A stretch of 35,229 nucleotides of DNA from a virus (lineage: Duplodnaviria; Caudoviricetes). The notes beneath the pieces were generated by a model. That model worked only from the letters and a program-made list of their open reading frames with translations. It made no database searches and was not told where the DNA came from. Position 1 is the stretch's first letter, and each line of letters begins with the position of its first letter. The stretch is from positions 1-35,229 of the IMG/VR virus record IMGVR_UViG_3300012942_000091; one strand, given 5' to 3'. Position numbers and translations under genes: made by a program. Below are positions 12,641 through 23,691 of the stretch, one piece after another.

Positions 12641-15600
12641 TTAAAACATGTATGTCGGAATTATGGTTAGCCCGTATATGTACTGATCGAGAGAGTACAT
12701 GGTTATTCGGAATTTGAGCGCGTTTCCGGTGGTGGGGAATATCAATGCTCGGTCTGGCTCGTTCACGATGTCCATGACGCTGTACCAGTGCGCACCACCA
12801 TCGTTGGACGCCTCATACAGGGTCATGGATATCTCATCGAATAGGCTGGCCACATAGACGGTTTCCTCGTCCGCGCCAGAGAGCATGAAGTTGATGCGGT
12901 AGTTGGATCCGGGATCGAGACCGAAGAAGTCCGATTTGAACGTAGTCCACCTTCCGGGCGGTGCATCGACAAGAACTTCACGGAGTACGGTGCCGGTGAT
13001 CGGGGTGGTGTCTTCCAACTGCAGCAGAAGCTTGTTGCTCGTCTTCTTGGGGCGGTAGATGCTGATGCACATACGAAGCTGGCAGGAACCAACACTGATC
13101 AGTCCGGTTCCAACACCGGCTACACCGTCTCCGGCGTCACGATATACCTTCGCCGCCATCTGACCCTGGAATGACAGATTCGACTGAAGATCGACACCCA
13201 CGAGAGCCGAGCGAGCACCCCAGACTGCGGTGGAGTCACTCCAGTTGACGGTATCGGAATTCCAGAAGGTGGAGTTGTCGGTATTAAGACCAACGGCGGA
13301 TATTGGTGTTGGATGCGTATTCAGGTAGGAGGTGAATCCAGCATCCTGAGCGAATACCTTGATCTTGCGGAACGTGCCGATGGAGTTGAATGTCTTGAGT
13401 TCGATGATTGGAGGAGATATCTCTCCGGCCCACACGATTCCGCGCATGGAATATACCTGATCGGTCTTCATGAGGGAGGTCCACGACACGCAGTCGGTCG
13501 AGTAGAGTATCTCTCTCTGCGAAGATCCAGGATCGCTTGTGATCGCAACTACTTCCTGGCGATAAGGTGAGTACACAACTTGCTGCAGGTACCCGAACCC
13601 TGGGCTCGTGCTGGTGACGGAAGTCCACGTCACGCCGTCAGGGGAGGTCATGATGTAATAGTTTCTTGCGATTGCTACCAGCAACTGCTGAGCATCGGCC
13701 CAAACCAGATCGTTAAACGCTCCGGAGAATGACAGGTGACCAACCTGATCCCACGTATCCCCATCGTCGGACGTGTAGGTGTTGGCCTTGCTGTCGCATG
13801 CTACGAATTTATTGAGTCCCGAGGCCCATACCACTCTCCTAACCTCACCGGCATCCGGCTTGCTAGCAAGGTCAGCACTATAGGTCCATGTTGCGCCAGC
13901 ATCTGTGGAGTATGCGGAGAACTGCTCCCCTAGAGTTCCTCCAGTTATGACTATTCTGGATCCTGAAGATGCTGCTGTCTGTATCTGGTAGGATGGCTCG
14001 GCATCGCCAGGTGCGCCAATTTCTCTTTGTGCCCAGTGCTCGCCATCTGGCGAGGTAAGAACACCATCACCGACCGTCATGCCTGCTACGAATACCCCCT
14101 GCTCGGGAGCCCAGTACATTCCCCTAACGGTAGCCGGGAATGGGCTGATGGATACCCACGACAAGCCATCCGTCGAACGCCATCCGGCAGTACCGGCATA
14201 GGCTACATACACACCTAGCGTTGGAGAGTGGGAGATTCCCAGTGGGTAGGCACCTGTTGGGAATACGCTTGGGTGCCAATCCCACGATGCCGGGGTGGTT
14301 GCGGTATAGACGCTTCCAGAGGTTGTTCCGCTGTCACCATCGAGGCCTGTGATAATGACGTACTTGCCGCCCGATTCTGCAGGTAGAGCAGATCCTGATC
14401 CATCACCCTCTCCGTCAGACCCATCGCCACTACCATCGTCAATGGTAGAACCAACGGGGCGCGCTGGCGCGGTGGCGCTTCCCGGTATGTAATTGCTACT
14501 GTTACCGGCGTCGATAACGGTCTCATCTATCACTGGCACGTCGTACTGGTCGTCATCGACCGGCAGGGTGATGTCGGCGTAGAATGCGCGCACTTCACGC
14601 ACTCCGGCGAAGTAAGCGATCTCAGCGTCCCTGACTGCGGTGGCCACATCGTAACGATGTACCGAAGTGGTTGGGAATCTAGCTCTGAGGGTGTTGATGT
14701 CGGAGGTGTTGGCTGGAATCTCCGTTGTGGTAGAGGTAGCTGTCATGGATTGCATTACGTCGGCGGGAAGCTTCAGCTCTCCACCGGGTAGAAGCCACCA
14801 TCCCGGCGTCCTGGATCCGAGAGTGGTTTGCTGGCCGTCCACCGACAGGGTGGGACTGGAGTTATTCAGCAAAGAATCGACTACAGCGCTGTTAGGGCTA
14901 GATGGTATGGTGGTTTGCACGGGGGAGTTATCCGACCCATACAAAGACATTACTGCAGAAGCTATGTCGCCAGGATTAAGGGAGGGGTCTGCCTGGATGG
15001 AGCTATCCATGATGCTTTCCTGGCTGAGGCTTGCGCTATCGTAAAGACCTTCGTTGCGAATGTTCTCAACCACCTGAGATCCCAGGAAGATCCTGGTCTT
15101 GGGGGAGAAGGTCCTCAGGATCGAGAAGTTCAGGGCGTCACGGAATGCCGATGGGGTGGTTACCGTTCCGGAATCCGCCTTGGTGTCGCTCGGGATAGTT
15201 ATTCCGGACTGCGACTTTGCAGACTGGGGATACACCAAGTAGTTTACCGACACATTCTCTTCGTGCATCGGGTACGGCTGAGGTGTAAGGCCGCTGAACT
15301 CGAACTTGAGGTGCTTTGCCAGGATAGGCTTGGGGAGGTAATAGAATCCTCGCTCCACACGCCAGTCCTTCCAGACAGGAGTCCATGCCTTCTCGGTGTA
15401 GAACTCCTCGCTGACGCCACCATACCCATCCTCGCCGGAGGTATACTCTCCGACGTAGATTGCATTGTCCAAGAATGACTTTGGCTGTCTTCCCTGACGC
15501 TGAGGGTCATTGAGTGGCGGCGGCATCAGGTACGAATACGGATCTCCGATGAATGCCTTCATGCTGGCGTCTGTGTCGGTGCCAACCTTAATGATGAACT

Positions 15601-16915
15601 CGCGCAACATACCCTGCTTGCCGAAGATCAACTCTTGGGATTTGGCGAACAGCTTTTTGAAACCAGGGTAGTTACCCGTCAGTGAGCTTACTACAGACTG
15701 GTCGGATACCACTCGGTTGGCGATACCCACGATGAGTCGTGCGGTAGGGCCGGTCTTGAGGTTCTGGTAGCTGCAAACGATCTGGACACGACGACCTGAT
15801 CCGTAGGATACTGGATCGGAAGAGACGACAGTTGAGCTGGTGCCTCCGACGTCGAAACTGAAGATGCCGGTTGATGGATCGTATGTCAGTGACATATTGG
15901 TGCCGGTCATGGTGTCGGCGTTTGATCCGTAGAAGATGGTGGTGGGAGAGCCCATGGAGTCACCCATGTCCATCTCGATCCCGATCCAGCCGAATTGTGG
16001 CAGTGGAGCTGACTGTGCGACGGCGCCCTCCACCGTCATCAGCGCCCCAGTTTTGACATGGTACGAACCATCATCCGATGTCAGGTCAATACCCTTGGAC
16101 CCTACGATCTTAGCGTTTGTCAGGTACGACTTATCCCGGAATGGTTGCGGGTAAAGCATGCCCATAACGTCATCGTTAGAGTAGTACAGGTTCATTCTGC
16201 ATCCGCTGTAGATAGGATCTATCCACAGCGTGTCGATGTGAACTGGCTGATATTTTCCGGCAGCAGAGGTTGGGTTATACAGCGACATGTACATGCTCAC
16301 AACAGCACTGGGGGACGGTTGCGGCTCGCTCTTCCAGTACGTGTAGGAATCGTTGTCAGTTGCCAGCGCCGGGGTCCACTGCTTGACCTGGCGACGAACA
16401 ACGTTGCCGAGGGTGTCTACCTCAAGACCGAGCGGATAAACGGTATCTCCGGGGGAATGGATATCGTATTCCAGAAGGATATCCCGGATTCCCAGCGAAA
16501 ACGGGCTAGCCGTGTTGTATGACTTGATTCGCTGTACACGAACTTCAATCTTGCTGACGATGGTCGTAAGGACGGTCTTGTTGATAGATGTCCACTCTAC
16601 GGTCTGCGTATCGGTGGCGTCGGACCGGATAGTACCCTTGACGGCCTGATGGTGGTCATCGATCATGATCAAACGAACGCCGGTCGGGGTCGTCATGTAC
16701 ACTTCGTAGTTTTGCGAAACGTTTAGAAGTGAGAAACTGATGTGGTTGATAGTGACCGGAGTACGCATGGCGATATTGATGATTTCCCATGTCGGGTCGG
16801 TCGATTCACGAGGATTTGAAAGCCAGTACCGGTCGCCGTTTCTGGCGGCGTCAGCGACACCCTGAACGGCAAGTTGCGCCTTGGAGTACCGTCCCTCTAC
16901 TAGAACGTCTGCCAT
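12641..16915 (-). CDS. Large baseplate/minor tail protein with Asp-box beta-propeller
   Basis: 1424 aa, downstream of the baseplate genes. Six S-x-D-x-x-x-W repeats in an internal block. Confidence 0.8.
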   Translation of the reverse strand: MADVLVEGRYSKAQLAVQGVADAARNGDRYWLSNPRESTDPTWEIINIAMRTPVTINHISFSLLNVSQNYEVYMTTPTGVRLIMIDDHHQAVKGTIRSDATDTQTVEWTSINKTVLTTIVSKIEVRVQRIKSYNTASPFSLGIRDILLEYDIHSPGDTVYPLGLEVDTLGNVVRRQVKQWTPALATDNDSYTYWKSEPQPSPSAVVSMYMSLYNPTSAAGKYQPVHIDTLWIDPIYSGCRMNLYYSNDDVMGMLYPQPFRDKSYLTNAKIVGSKGIDLTSDDGSYHVKTGALMTVEGAVAQSAPLPQFGWIGIEMDMGDSMGSPTTIFYGSNADTMTGTNMSLTYDPSTGIFSFDVGGTSSTVVSSDPVSYGSGRRVQIVCSYQNLKTGPTARLIVGIANRVVSDQSVVSSLTGNYPGFKKLFAKSQELIFGKQGMLREFIIKVGTDTDASMKAFIGDPYSYLMPPPLNDPQRQGRQPKSFLDNAIYVGEYTSGEDGYGGVSEEFYTEKAWTPVWKDWRVERGFYYLPKPILAKHLKFEFSGLTPQPYPMHEENVSVNYLVYPQSAKSQSGITIPSDTKADSGTVTTPSAFRDALNFSILRTFSPKTRIFLGSQVVENIRNEGLYDSASLSQESIMDSSIQADPSLNPGDIASAVMSLYGSDNSPVQTTIPSSPNSAVVDSLLNNSSPTLSVDGQQTTLGSRTPGWWLLPGGELKLPADVMQSMTATSTTTEIPANTSDINTLRARFPTTSVHRYDVATAVRDAEIAYFAGVREVRAFYADITLPVDDDQYDVPVIDETVIDAGNSSNYIPGSATAPARPVGSTIDDGSGDGSDGEGDGSGSALPAESGGKYVIITGLDGDSGTTSGSVYTATTPASWDWHPSVFPTGAYPLGISHSPTLGVYVAYAGTAGWRSTDGLSWVSISPFPATVRGMYWAPEQGVFVAGMTVGDGVLTSPDGEHWAQREIGAPGDAEPSYQIQTAASSGSRIVITGGTLGEQFSAYSTDAGATWTYSADLASKPDAGEVRRVVWASGLNKFVACDSKANTYTSDDGDTWDQVGHLSFSGAFNDLVWADAQQLLVAIARNYYIMTSPDGVTWTSVTSTSPGFGYLQQVVYSPYRQEVVAITSDPGSSQREILYSTDCVSWTSLMKTDQVYSMRGIVWAGEISPPIIELKTFNSIGTFRKIKVFAQDAGFTSYLNTHPTPISAVGLNTDNSTFWNSDTVNWSDSTAVWGARSALVGVDLQSNLSFQGQMAAKVYRDAGDGVAGVGTGLISVGSCQLRMCISIYRPKKTSNKLLLQLEDTTPITGTVLREVLVDAPPGRWTTFKSDFFGLDPGSNYRINFMLSGADEETVYVASLFDEISMTLYEASNDGGAHWYSVMDIVNEPDRALIFPTTGNALKFRITMYSLDQYIYGLTIIPTYMF

Positions 16916-16916
16916 A

Positions 16917-18290
16917 TTAGACAGGGCCTCCCTGAGAAGAAGTACGATCGAACCATCCGACAGTCACGGCAGACGGCTTGGTCGGCGGGTTAGATGCGAT
17001 AGCGGTATCCGGAGTCCAGGTATTGCGGATGACTTCGGTGAAGCTCAGCGGGAATCGGTAGGCCACCGGGGTAGCCTGCCCGTCACCCAGCTTGGCGACC
17101 CTGAAGGAGTCTGGATAGAACCTTCCGCCGGAGTTCTGCAATATCTGTTCCTTTACGGACTCTATATATTCTGCCTGGCTCTCGTACGGGAATGTGTATG
17201 GCAACCCGGCAGGAGTGGTGAGTGCTGGCTCCGAATCTGGATGCATACCATACTTTCCACCTGGGAAGTTATCCGGAGAGTCGGCCTTATCGAAGGCGAT
17301 CCACGGACCCCATGCCGACACGTCACGATTCATGACCTGGTAATTACTCTCCGGCCAGATGTCTCCCACCTCGTTCTCGGTGGTATAGGTAACGCTGTCG
17401 ATAGGGCCATTGATGTTGCTGTTGAAAGTGTAGGCCTGAGAGTACTCTTGGGCGTGGTCGAAGGCTGCTGACGGGGCGCGAACCTCCAGGCCCTCCTGTA
17501 CCCATCGAAGGGTAGGATTGGACTCTACCGTGGCAGACAGCGTGGACTGCGGGCCACCTGTGACGTATGGCTCCAGAATGTATCCGGTGGACGATGCGGC
17601 CACCGTCAGGACCGGCCACTCCTGATTGTAGTTCTGGCCGGAGGAGTTGATGGTCACTACCGAGTCGACCGGCGACATCCTCTTGAGCAGATTCGACAGT
17701 TGAGCCACCTCTACCGGCGATAGCGACACCTTACGAGGACGGATTATGATCTCGTTACGGGAGGGGGAAGACATTTGTGACATGGCGGTAACGCTGGCGT
17801 TCACAATGTCGTTGTCGATGAACTTCCACATCTCGTAGATATCGCAGTCCGCTGAGATGGCAGCTTTGACCATGAGTCGCAACCCATCCGGGCTGGAACC
17901 CAGCGCCAGAGCCTTGAAGAAGTTCTTGATCCTGGCGCGATACCATGCGTCCTTGACGTATACCTCATCCCACTGGTCAGAATTAAGAACGTCGGTGGAT
18001 GGATTGTACTGGTAGGACTCCGAAGCGAACCTCGTGAGCTGCGCCAATGTTCCGAATATGTCATCTAGGTCGGAGAACTGAGTGGAGTCGATACTCTGCG
18101 CAAGTCGGGCAACGAGGAGCTGCTTCTTGAGTGTTCCCACACCGCCGTCACCAACCATGGCGTCCACATAGTTGTATAGGTTCGATCCCTGACTGATGTT
18201 ATAGACCGATGGCGAGAATGCCCGCAGCCGCCAAGAGGTGGACTTGGTGGGGAGAAGCGGGAAAGTGGCCTGGTCGATAGGTGCTGTCAT
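16917..18290 (-). CDS. Baseplate wedge subunit (follows J-like gene)
   Basis: LDD.FG....R and D..YR.RI motifs, plus synteny. Confidence 0.7.
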   Translation of the reverse strand: MTAPIDQATFPLLPTKSTSWRLRAFSPSVYNISQGSNLYNYVDAMVGDGGVGTLKKQLLVARLAQSIDSTQFSDLDDIFGTLAQLTRFASESYQYNPSTDVLNSDQWDEVYVKDAWYRARIKNFFKALALGSSPDGLRLMVKAAISADCDIYEMWKFIDNDIVNASVTAMSQMSSPSRNEIIIRPRKVSLSPVEVAQLSNLLKRMSPVDSVVTINSSGQNYNQEWPVLTVAASSTGYILEPYVTGGPQSTLSATVESNPTLRWVQEGLEVRAPSAAFDHAQEYSQAYTFNSNINGPIDSVTYTTENEVGDIWPESNYQVMNRDVSAWGPWIAFDKADSPDNFPGGKYGMHPDSEPALTTPAGLPYTFPYESQAEYIESVKEQILQNSGGRFYPDSFRVAKLGDGQATPVAYRFPLSFTEVIRNTWTPDTAIASNPPTKPSAVTVGWFDRTSSQGGPV

Positions 18291-18293
18291 GTA

Positions 18294-20060
18294 TCAGCTA
18301 CCGAAGTTGTTGAATGTGCGGCGAATGAACAAGGTGTTGATATCGGCCGGTAGATCCAGTGCGGGGATGGCGATATCGTGTAGCTGGAAGTCCGACGTGT
18401 AGGTGGTCCCCGTGGAAGCTCCATTCAGCATCTCGGATACGGTGAACGGAGCACCGTCAGATGTCTTGGCCATACGCACGTTGTCTATTCCAGGGATGTT
18501 GTGGATCACGGTCAACAGGTCCGAGAGCTGAATCCAGGCACCGAACGGAAGACCATTGATGTAGTCTTGCATCGCCGTAACGGCCTGTGCGTTAACGGTG
18601 GAGATGGTCGCGCCCTGGTTGTACATTACCACGAAGTAGAATCGCAGGAAGGTAGTGGTAGCAGAGTGCACCAGCACGTCCGTGGTGACCTGCTTAGCCT
18701 TGTTGATCAGGGAGTTAAGGATCGTGGGGGTCTGGTTGTAGGTGTAGGTGGCCGTGATCAACGTTCCGTCAGACGGTGGGGTATTGATCCAGACTATGCC
18801 TGCCAGCTCTCGTTCCGATCCTGCATCGGGAGTGGTGCTGAATACACCGAAGTAATCGGTTCCGAGAGTGTAGGTGGTGCCGCCCGCCGCTATGGTGGAT
18901 GGCCAGGTCAGAATTGGAGTAGATCCGAAGGCCTGGAACTTCTTGCTGGCCGCGATGGTCTCCCCGGTGGGAGACTTGAAGTTGCCGGTGTAATAGGTGT
19001 TAGAAGTAGTAGATGACGTGGTCTTGCTTGCCGTCACGATCTTTTCAGTGATGGTGATTGGGGTCAAACCATCCACAAAGATATCTACCTTATTGGCAAT
19101 GCCGCTGGCTGGATCGTTTCGTGAGTTGGTTGAGCAATAGTCGAAGATGACGTCCAGGAAGATCGAGGTGGCCGGAGAGATGATGATGCTAGCGCTCACA
19201 TTCAGCACCGGAGCACTCACCGATCCGGAGCTGGTGACGGTGTAGTCTGCCCCCTCCGTATACCACAGCTCGTTTGAGGCGCCCTTGTTCGACGCCACCA
19301 GGACACCCTGCGGCCAAACGTACTTGCAGTCCTTGGCCGGAATGGTGATGGACCCACCGGTCGACTGGACCTGGGTCTGGTAGGTGGAGACAGGACCCAT
19401 GACATTGACGCGCTTGACGCCGTCTACCTGCATGGCCATACCGATGTAGAAGTCTTCGGTTCCGGTGATGTTGCGCAGGATCGTCTTCTTGAATCGAGCA
19501 CGCAGCTCGTCGTCCGTCTCGTCGTCAGTGCCACCCACCATGGCCGCTGAGTTGGTCACAGAGGCGATTCCAAGCCCTGCGGCATAGGTAGTGACGGTGT
19601 TGGCCGCTACGTTGCCAGCGGACCCCACAACGGTGCACTGCACCGGCACAGATACCGTCTTGGATCCCTTGTTGAGGGTGACCGCCGTGGTGGACACGAA
19701 GCTGCTGGAGCTGTTCGTGCTGTCCGGTGAGGTGGAGAACTGGGTGCCGACCGGGATCAACATGGGTGAGGTGGCGGCATTCGTCAGGGTCACGGTAAGG
19801 ACGCCGGATGCGTAATGCCCCTGCAGACGACCGAAGCCGAACAGGCCTACGAAGTCCTCCAGGTCCTGGCCGGACTTGGAGTTGACGTCTAGCTGATTGC
19901 TCACCAGGTAGTTATCAACCTGGGCCTCGGCAATCGCCTCAGCCACCGCCTCTACGATTTTGCGCTCAGGAGTTCCTATCTCAAGCGAAAGACCTGGCGC
20001 GGTAACGGAAAGCTTGGTCAGTATATCCTGAGTCACTTCAGCGGGAGTTCTGGATGCCAT
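18294..20060 (-). CDS. Baseplate J-like protein
   Basis: IPVGT.F, G..GNV.A..V, V.N.....GG.D.ETD.ELR.R motifs. Confidence 0.93.
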   Translation of the reverse strand: MASRTPAEVTQDILTKLSVTAPGLSLEIGTPERKIVEAVAEAIAEAQVDNYLVSNQLDVNSKSGQDLEDFVGLFGFGRLQGHYASGVLTVTLTNAATSPMLIPVGTQFSTSPDSTNSSSSFVSTTAVTLNKGSKTVSVPVQCTVVGSAGNVAANTVTTYAAGLGIASVTNSAAMVGGTDDETDDELRARFKKTILRNITGTEDFYIGMAMQVDGVKRVNVMGPVSTYQTQVQSTGGSITIPAKDCKYVWPQGVLVASNKGASNELWYTEGADYTVTSSGSVSAPVLNVSASIIISPATSIFLDVIFDYCSTNSRNDPASGIANKVDIFVDGLTPITITEKIVTASKTTSSTTSNTYYTGNFKSPTGETIAASKKFQAFGSTPILTWPSTIAAGGTTYTLGTDYFGVFSTTPDAGSERELAGIVWINTPPSDGTLITATYTYNQTPTILNSLINKAKQVTTDVLVHSATTTFLRFYFVVMYNQGATISTVNAQAVTAMQDYINGLPFGAWIQLSDLLTVIHNIPGIDNVRMAKTSDGAPFTVSEMLNGASTGTTYTSDFQLHDIAIPALDLPADINTLFIRRTFNNFGS

Positions 20061-20476
20061 TACAGCGTTACCTTTCCTGACACCTGACCGGGCGTCCCGA
20101 GAGCAGTCGAGAATCGTACTGTGACGTACACACTGTCGTATCCAGCAACACAGTCCACCGACTCGACCGAGTCCAAAAGCTCATCCAGCGTGTACTTGCT
20201 GGGTGCCTTCTGGAGCGATACGGATTGGATGTTCTGATAGTTGGTGAGTATGCGAAGTGTTTCCACCTGAATATCGTGGATCAGGACATCATCCATCACA
20301 TCACCGATGTACGAGTCCAGGGTCGATCCATAGTCAGGGTGGAATCTATCCACTCCGTATTGCTCTCGAAGCCAGACGCTCAAATCCTGCGTGAGTTTGT
20401 CGACTCCCTGCACGGTGCCCATCTTGTTGGAGGAAAGATCCAGGTCACCATTTCGCAGCTTTAACGAGAACGACAA
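20060..20476 (-). CDS. Baseplate wedge/sheath initiator (gp25/gpW-like)
   Basis: GDL..., FHPDYGS.L motif, directly upstream of the J-like gene. Confidence 0.82.
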   Translation of the reverse strand: MSFSLKLRNGDLDLSSNKMGTVQGVDKLTQDLSVWLREQYGVDRFHPDYGSTLDSYIGDVMDDVLIHDIQVETLRILTNYQNIQSVSLQKAPSKYTLDELLDSVESVDCVAGYDSVYVTVRFSTALGTPGQVSGKVTL

Positions 20477-20545
20477 GGTGCCGACTCCTCCGCCTGTTAG
20501 GTACGTTCTTACACTAATTCCACGCTCTGGTTTCGAGGCATAGGA

Positions 20546-21244
20546 TTATGACGAGGATGCGGGGTAACCGAAGTTGAATTGCAGGACCGTCCCGCTGGTC
20601 AGCGTGTTGGTTGGGATGCCAGCCACGATGTCTATTCTTCCCCCAGAAGAAATTCGGCACTCCCACGATGGGAGACCATTGACCCTGGCAGTTTCCAGCC
20701 ACGGCGAGAACGCAGGTTGCCATGCGCTGGGTAGGTATGCGATGCCATTGATGTCAGTGATGTTCCCGTTCGCCGTTGCCGTTTCCGTTGCTCCGGAATA
20801 GGTTATCTTGACGTATATGTTTATCCAGTTATCTCGCTTACGAAGCCAGTAGCTAGAGACCTCCCAGTCGGTCGATTCGCTCCAGTTGATTCCACTGGTG
20901 ATCGGCCCTGCATCTGCTGAATGAATAACATCTCCATTGACGTATAGATCCTTCTCAACGACTGTGGCGCCTCCTGGGACATCGACCATGGATGCTGCCC
21001 CAGCGCTCTGCAGCGCCCCTCGCCGCTCCAGGGACCAAGTATTAGCGACCCTGGTGATGATCCACTCCTCACCCACTTCCGGCACCACCCAATTGGCACC
21101 CACGGATGTGGTAAGGTCGATGATGTACTTCACGTCGTTGCCACGAGCTACACCAGTAGCGACTAGGGTTTCTGCGTTTACATCGGTGATAACCACCCGA
21201 GCACGAGGCACCTCAAAGAACTGCTTATCTCTAAAGGATGGCAT
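20546..21244 (-). CDS. Putative baseplate spike / minor tail protein
   Basis: N-terminal VPEVGE.W OB-fold-like motif, C-terminal fibre-tip-like LP..W.P domain, located after the hub gene. Confidence 0.65.
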   Translation of the reverse strand: MPSFRDKQFFEVPRARVVITDVNAETLVATGVARGNDVKYIIDLTTSVGANWVVPEVGEEWIITRVANTWSLERRGALQSAGAASMVDVPGGATVVEKDLYVNGDVIHSADAGPITSGINWSESTDWEVSSYWLRKRDNWINIYVKITYSGATETATANGNITDINGIAYLPSAWQPAFSPWLETARVNGLPSWECRISSGGRIDIVAGIPTNTLTSGTVLQFNFGYPASSS

Positions 21245-23691
21245 TACACCCTACCGATCGGAAGAGACATGGACGCATCTCGCAGTGTTGCGCCGACAGT
21301 GGCTGGAGAAGATACGGTTGCGATAGTGCTGAATCCTGTGTCATAGCCGAACGTGTGCGTTACTTCTTCCACGAAGACGGTGATCTGGTGGCTCTTGATC
21401 ATGATCCGCATACCTGGGTAAAGCTCCGGCATGAAGGTGAATTGTACCTGGGTGCTGTACTGCTGAGCCCACTTCTGAAGGAACAGCATTAGCGCCTGTC
21501 CTCGCTCCATGATGTGTGCCCCGATCTGCGGATACTCCGCCTTCAGTGGGCGAATGCCGAACCGCTGATAGATATTGAGGGGGTTGAAGTCTGGATCATT
21601 ACTGATATCCACCCCGAGCAGGAACTTCATCTCGTTCCGCTTGCGGATGTTCACCACACCCTCCGTATTAAACCAGTCGTTAAGCTCTACGGTAGGGCTG
21701 GGGGTGAAGCTGCCGGTGTGTCCTGCTACGAACACATCCGTAGCTAGGTTGTCGTCGTTGGCATCGATACGGAAGTCCAGCAGCTCTATGTCTTCCAAGA
21801 TCAGCTTTGCCGATGTGCCGAACAGCCCGAAGTAGTCTGGGAAGAAGGCCATGAATGATCCGTCAGGGCCTGACATGAAGCTTCGAAGGGATGCCGATGC
21901 TATGGACTGCACAGAAGTAAGGAGTTGCTGGTCGTTGATTGCTGCCTTATCACCGATAAGGTTATTGGAGGCAACAATGGATGTCTGATTGCCGTTGAAC
22001 AAGAACTGGAATACCCCATTGACAAAGGCGTTTCCGGTGACGCTACTATCCGTTACTCCGGTGGTGTTGTATGTTCCCCCGCCCTGATATTGGAAGTGCA
22101 TGAAGTCCTTGCTTGCCGGACTTCCGCTCCAGTCTCCACCCCAACCGAATCCGTTGTTCTTGAATGCCTGGATCCAGGAGTCGGGAATGTCGTGCTGTCC
22201 GCTAGGTCCTACGCCAGCATTGCCAAACCCGTTGGTATCCCAGTTGATATCCATGGCAATTCCAAAGGAGTGCAGGCTGAGTTCGCTGGTGCCAGATCCA
22301 TTGTTCTTGGGTCGCCAGTCGTAGGTGCCGATCTCGCGAATCTTATACCCGGTATTGAGCGCTGTTATCTGCTGATCCACAGCCTGGAACTGACCGGCAG
22401 CCTTCTTGTGCACCTTGACCTGGTGACCCTGGAAGTTTATGGTGGTTAGATTTGCTTCCACCTCTGCCTGCGTACTGCCATAGATGCTCTTCATCAGGTC
22501 TGTAGATGGGGTGCTACCGTATGGCGGTATAGAACCAACACTATTTGCCAGGTACTGGTCATTTTGAGACGCGGTGCTCGGTGGAAAGAGCGCTGCGGCT
22601 GAGGGCGTCTTGCCAGTAACGGTATTGAGGATCCCGCCGGGCATTGGTGAGTACTTGGTGACCACCAGCGTGTCAGTGCCCTTGGCGGCTATGGCCTTGA
22701 AGGTGGACAAGTACTTCTTATATCCTCCGGTGATGTAGTCGGAAGATATTTTGAAGTTGGTGCCCTGATTTGTCGCCTTGTAGAACATCTTGGTGTACTG
22801 CAACACATCTAGCGCTATCTTGAATGTCAGTCCCTTGATGTCATACTTACCAAGTCCGAAAAGGCCCCATCTGAGGTATCCACCGATCTCTTCGGTTTGC
22901 GCATACCCACCCTTGCTGACCGACCATGCTATCGCCGCTGCAATAGCCAGGCCCTCGCCAGTGAATCCTCCAGCACGGCAGATGCTGACAAGGTCTGCCT
23001 GTGTGTAGGTGGCTCCATTGGCCGGAGGTAGGATGTGAGCGCCGAGCGTAGATGATGGAGCGGTACTAGGTCCAGTTCCGCTGGCCGCTGCTTGGATTCC
23101 GAGAGACTGCAGGAACATGTCGTACAGGGTGGTATCATCGGCTGCTTGATTGGCGAGCGATACCAGGTTCAAGAATCCGGCCGGGATATTGCCGATGTGG
23201 ATCTGGTCGCGGTTCCAGCCGCCGACCTTGTACAACAGGTTACCCATCATCGCACCCATGCCGGAATCCGACTGTGGGTTATCCTTGCTGACGTTCCCCT
23301 GATAAAGGGACAGGTTCATGAGGTTGGACGACGCTGGCAGCCCCGGATCCCAGTATGTGTACATTAGACGCTTGAGGGTGCAAGAAGCACGTATGGAAGC
23401 CGTTGTGGCATACAGACTGAGGGCCGGTACCACGTCTAGATAACCGGCGAACACCTGCATCGGAGCGCTGACCCGCTTCATGAAAACCACGATGCGGTCC
23501 ATCCTTCGCATGGCACCGATATACTTGTTGTTCCGGTTGTTGAGCACACAGGAGAATTGAGACACGCCATTCATGACACGGCGGAGTTGACCATTGACGA
23601 TGTCGGCGGACAGATCAAGAACTCCGTTCTTGGTGGCAACGTACACCTGAACCTCAGGTGAGTACACAAGTGTTCTGGAGTATCTGGTCAC
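21244..23691 (-). CDS. Baseplate hub protein with inserted M15 peptidase and degenerate transglycosylase-like domains
   Basis: Hub-like termini (..PELYPGMRI..VEEVTH). SLHSFGIAMD...WGGDW...DFMHF M15 motifs. Confidence 0.8.
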   Translation of the reverse strand: MTRYSRTLVYSPEVQVYVATKNGVLDLSADIVNGQLRRVMNGVSQFSCVLNNRNNKYIGAMRRMDRIVVFMKRVSAPMQVFAGYLDVVPALSLYATTASIRASCTLKRLMYTYWDPGLPASSNLMNLSLYQGNVSKDNPQSDSGMGAMMGNLLYKVGGWNRDQIHIGNIPAGFLNLVSLANQAADDTTLYDMFLQSLGIQAAASGTGPSTAPSSTLGAHILPPANGATYTQADLVSICRAGGFTGEGLAIAAAIAWSVSKGGYAQTEEIGGYLRWGLFGLGKYDIKGLTFKIALDVLQYTKMFYKATNQGTNFKISSDYITGGYKKYLSTFKAIAAKGTDTLVVTKYSPMPGGILNTVTGKTPSAAALFPPSTASQNDQYLANSVGSIPPYGSTPSTDLMKSIYGSTQAEVEANLTTINFQGHQVKVHKKAAGQFQAVDQQITALNTGYKIREIGTYDWRPKNNGSGTSELSLHSFGIAMDINWDTNGFGNAGVGPSGQHDIPDSWIQAFKNNGFGWGGDWSGSPASKDFMHFQYQGGGTYNTTGVTDSSVTGNAFVNGVFQFLFNGNQTSIVASNNLIGDKAAINDQQLLTSVQSIASASLRSFMSGPDGSFMAFFPDYFGLFGTSAKLILEDIELLDFRIDANDDNLATDVFVAGHTGSFTPSPTVELNDWFNTEGVVNIRKRNEMKFLLGVDISNDPDFNPLNIYQRFGIRPLKAEYPQIGAHIMERGQALMLFLQKWAQQYSTQVQFTFMPELYPGMRIMIKSHQITVFVEEVTHTFGYDTGFSTIATVSSPATVGATLRDASMSLPIGRV

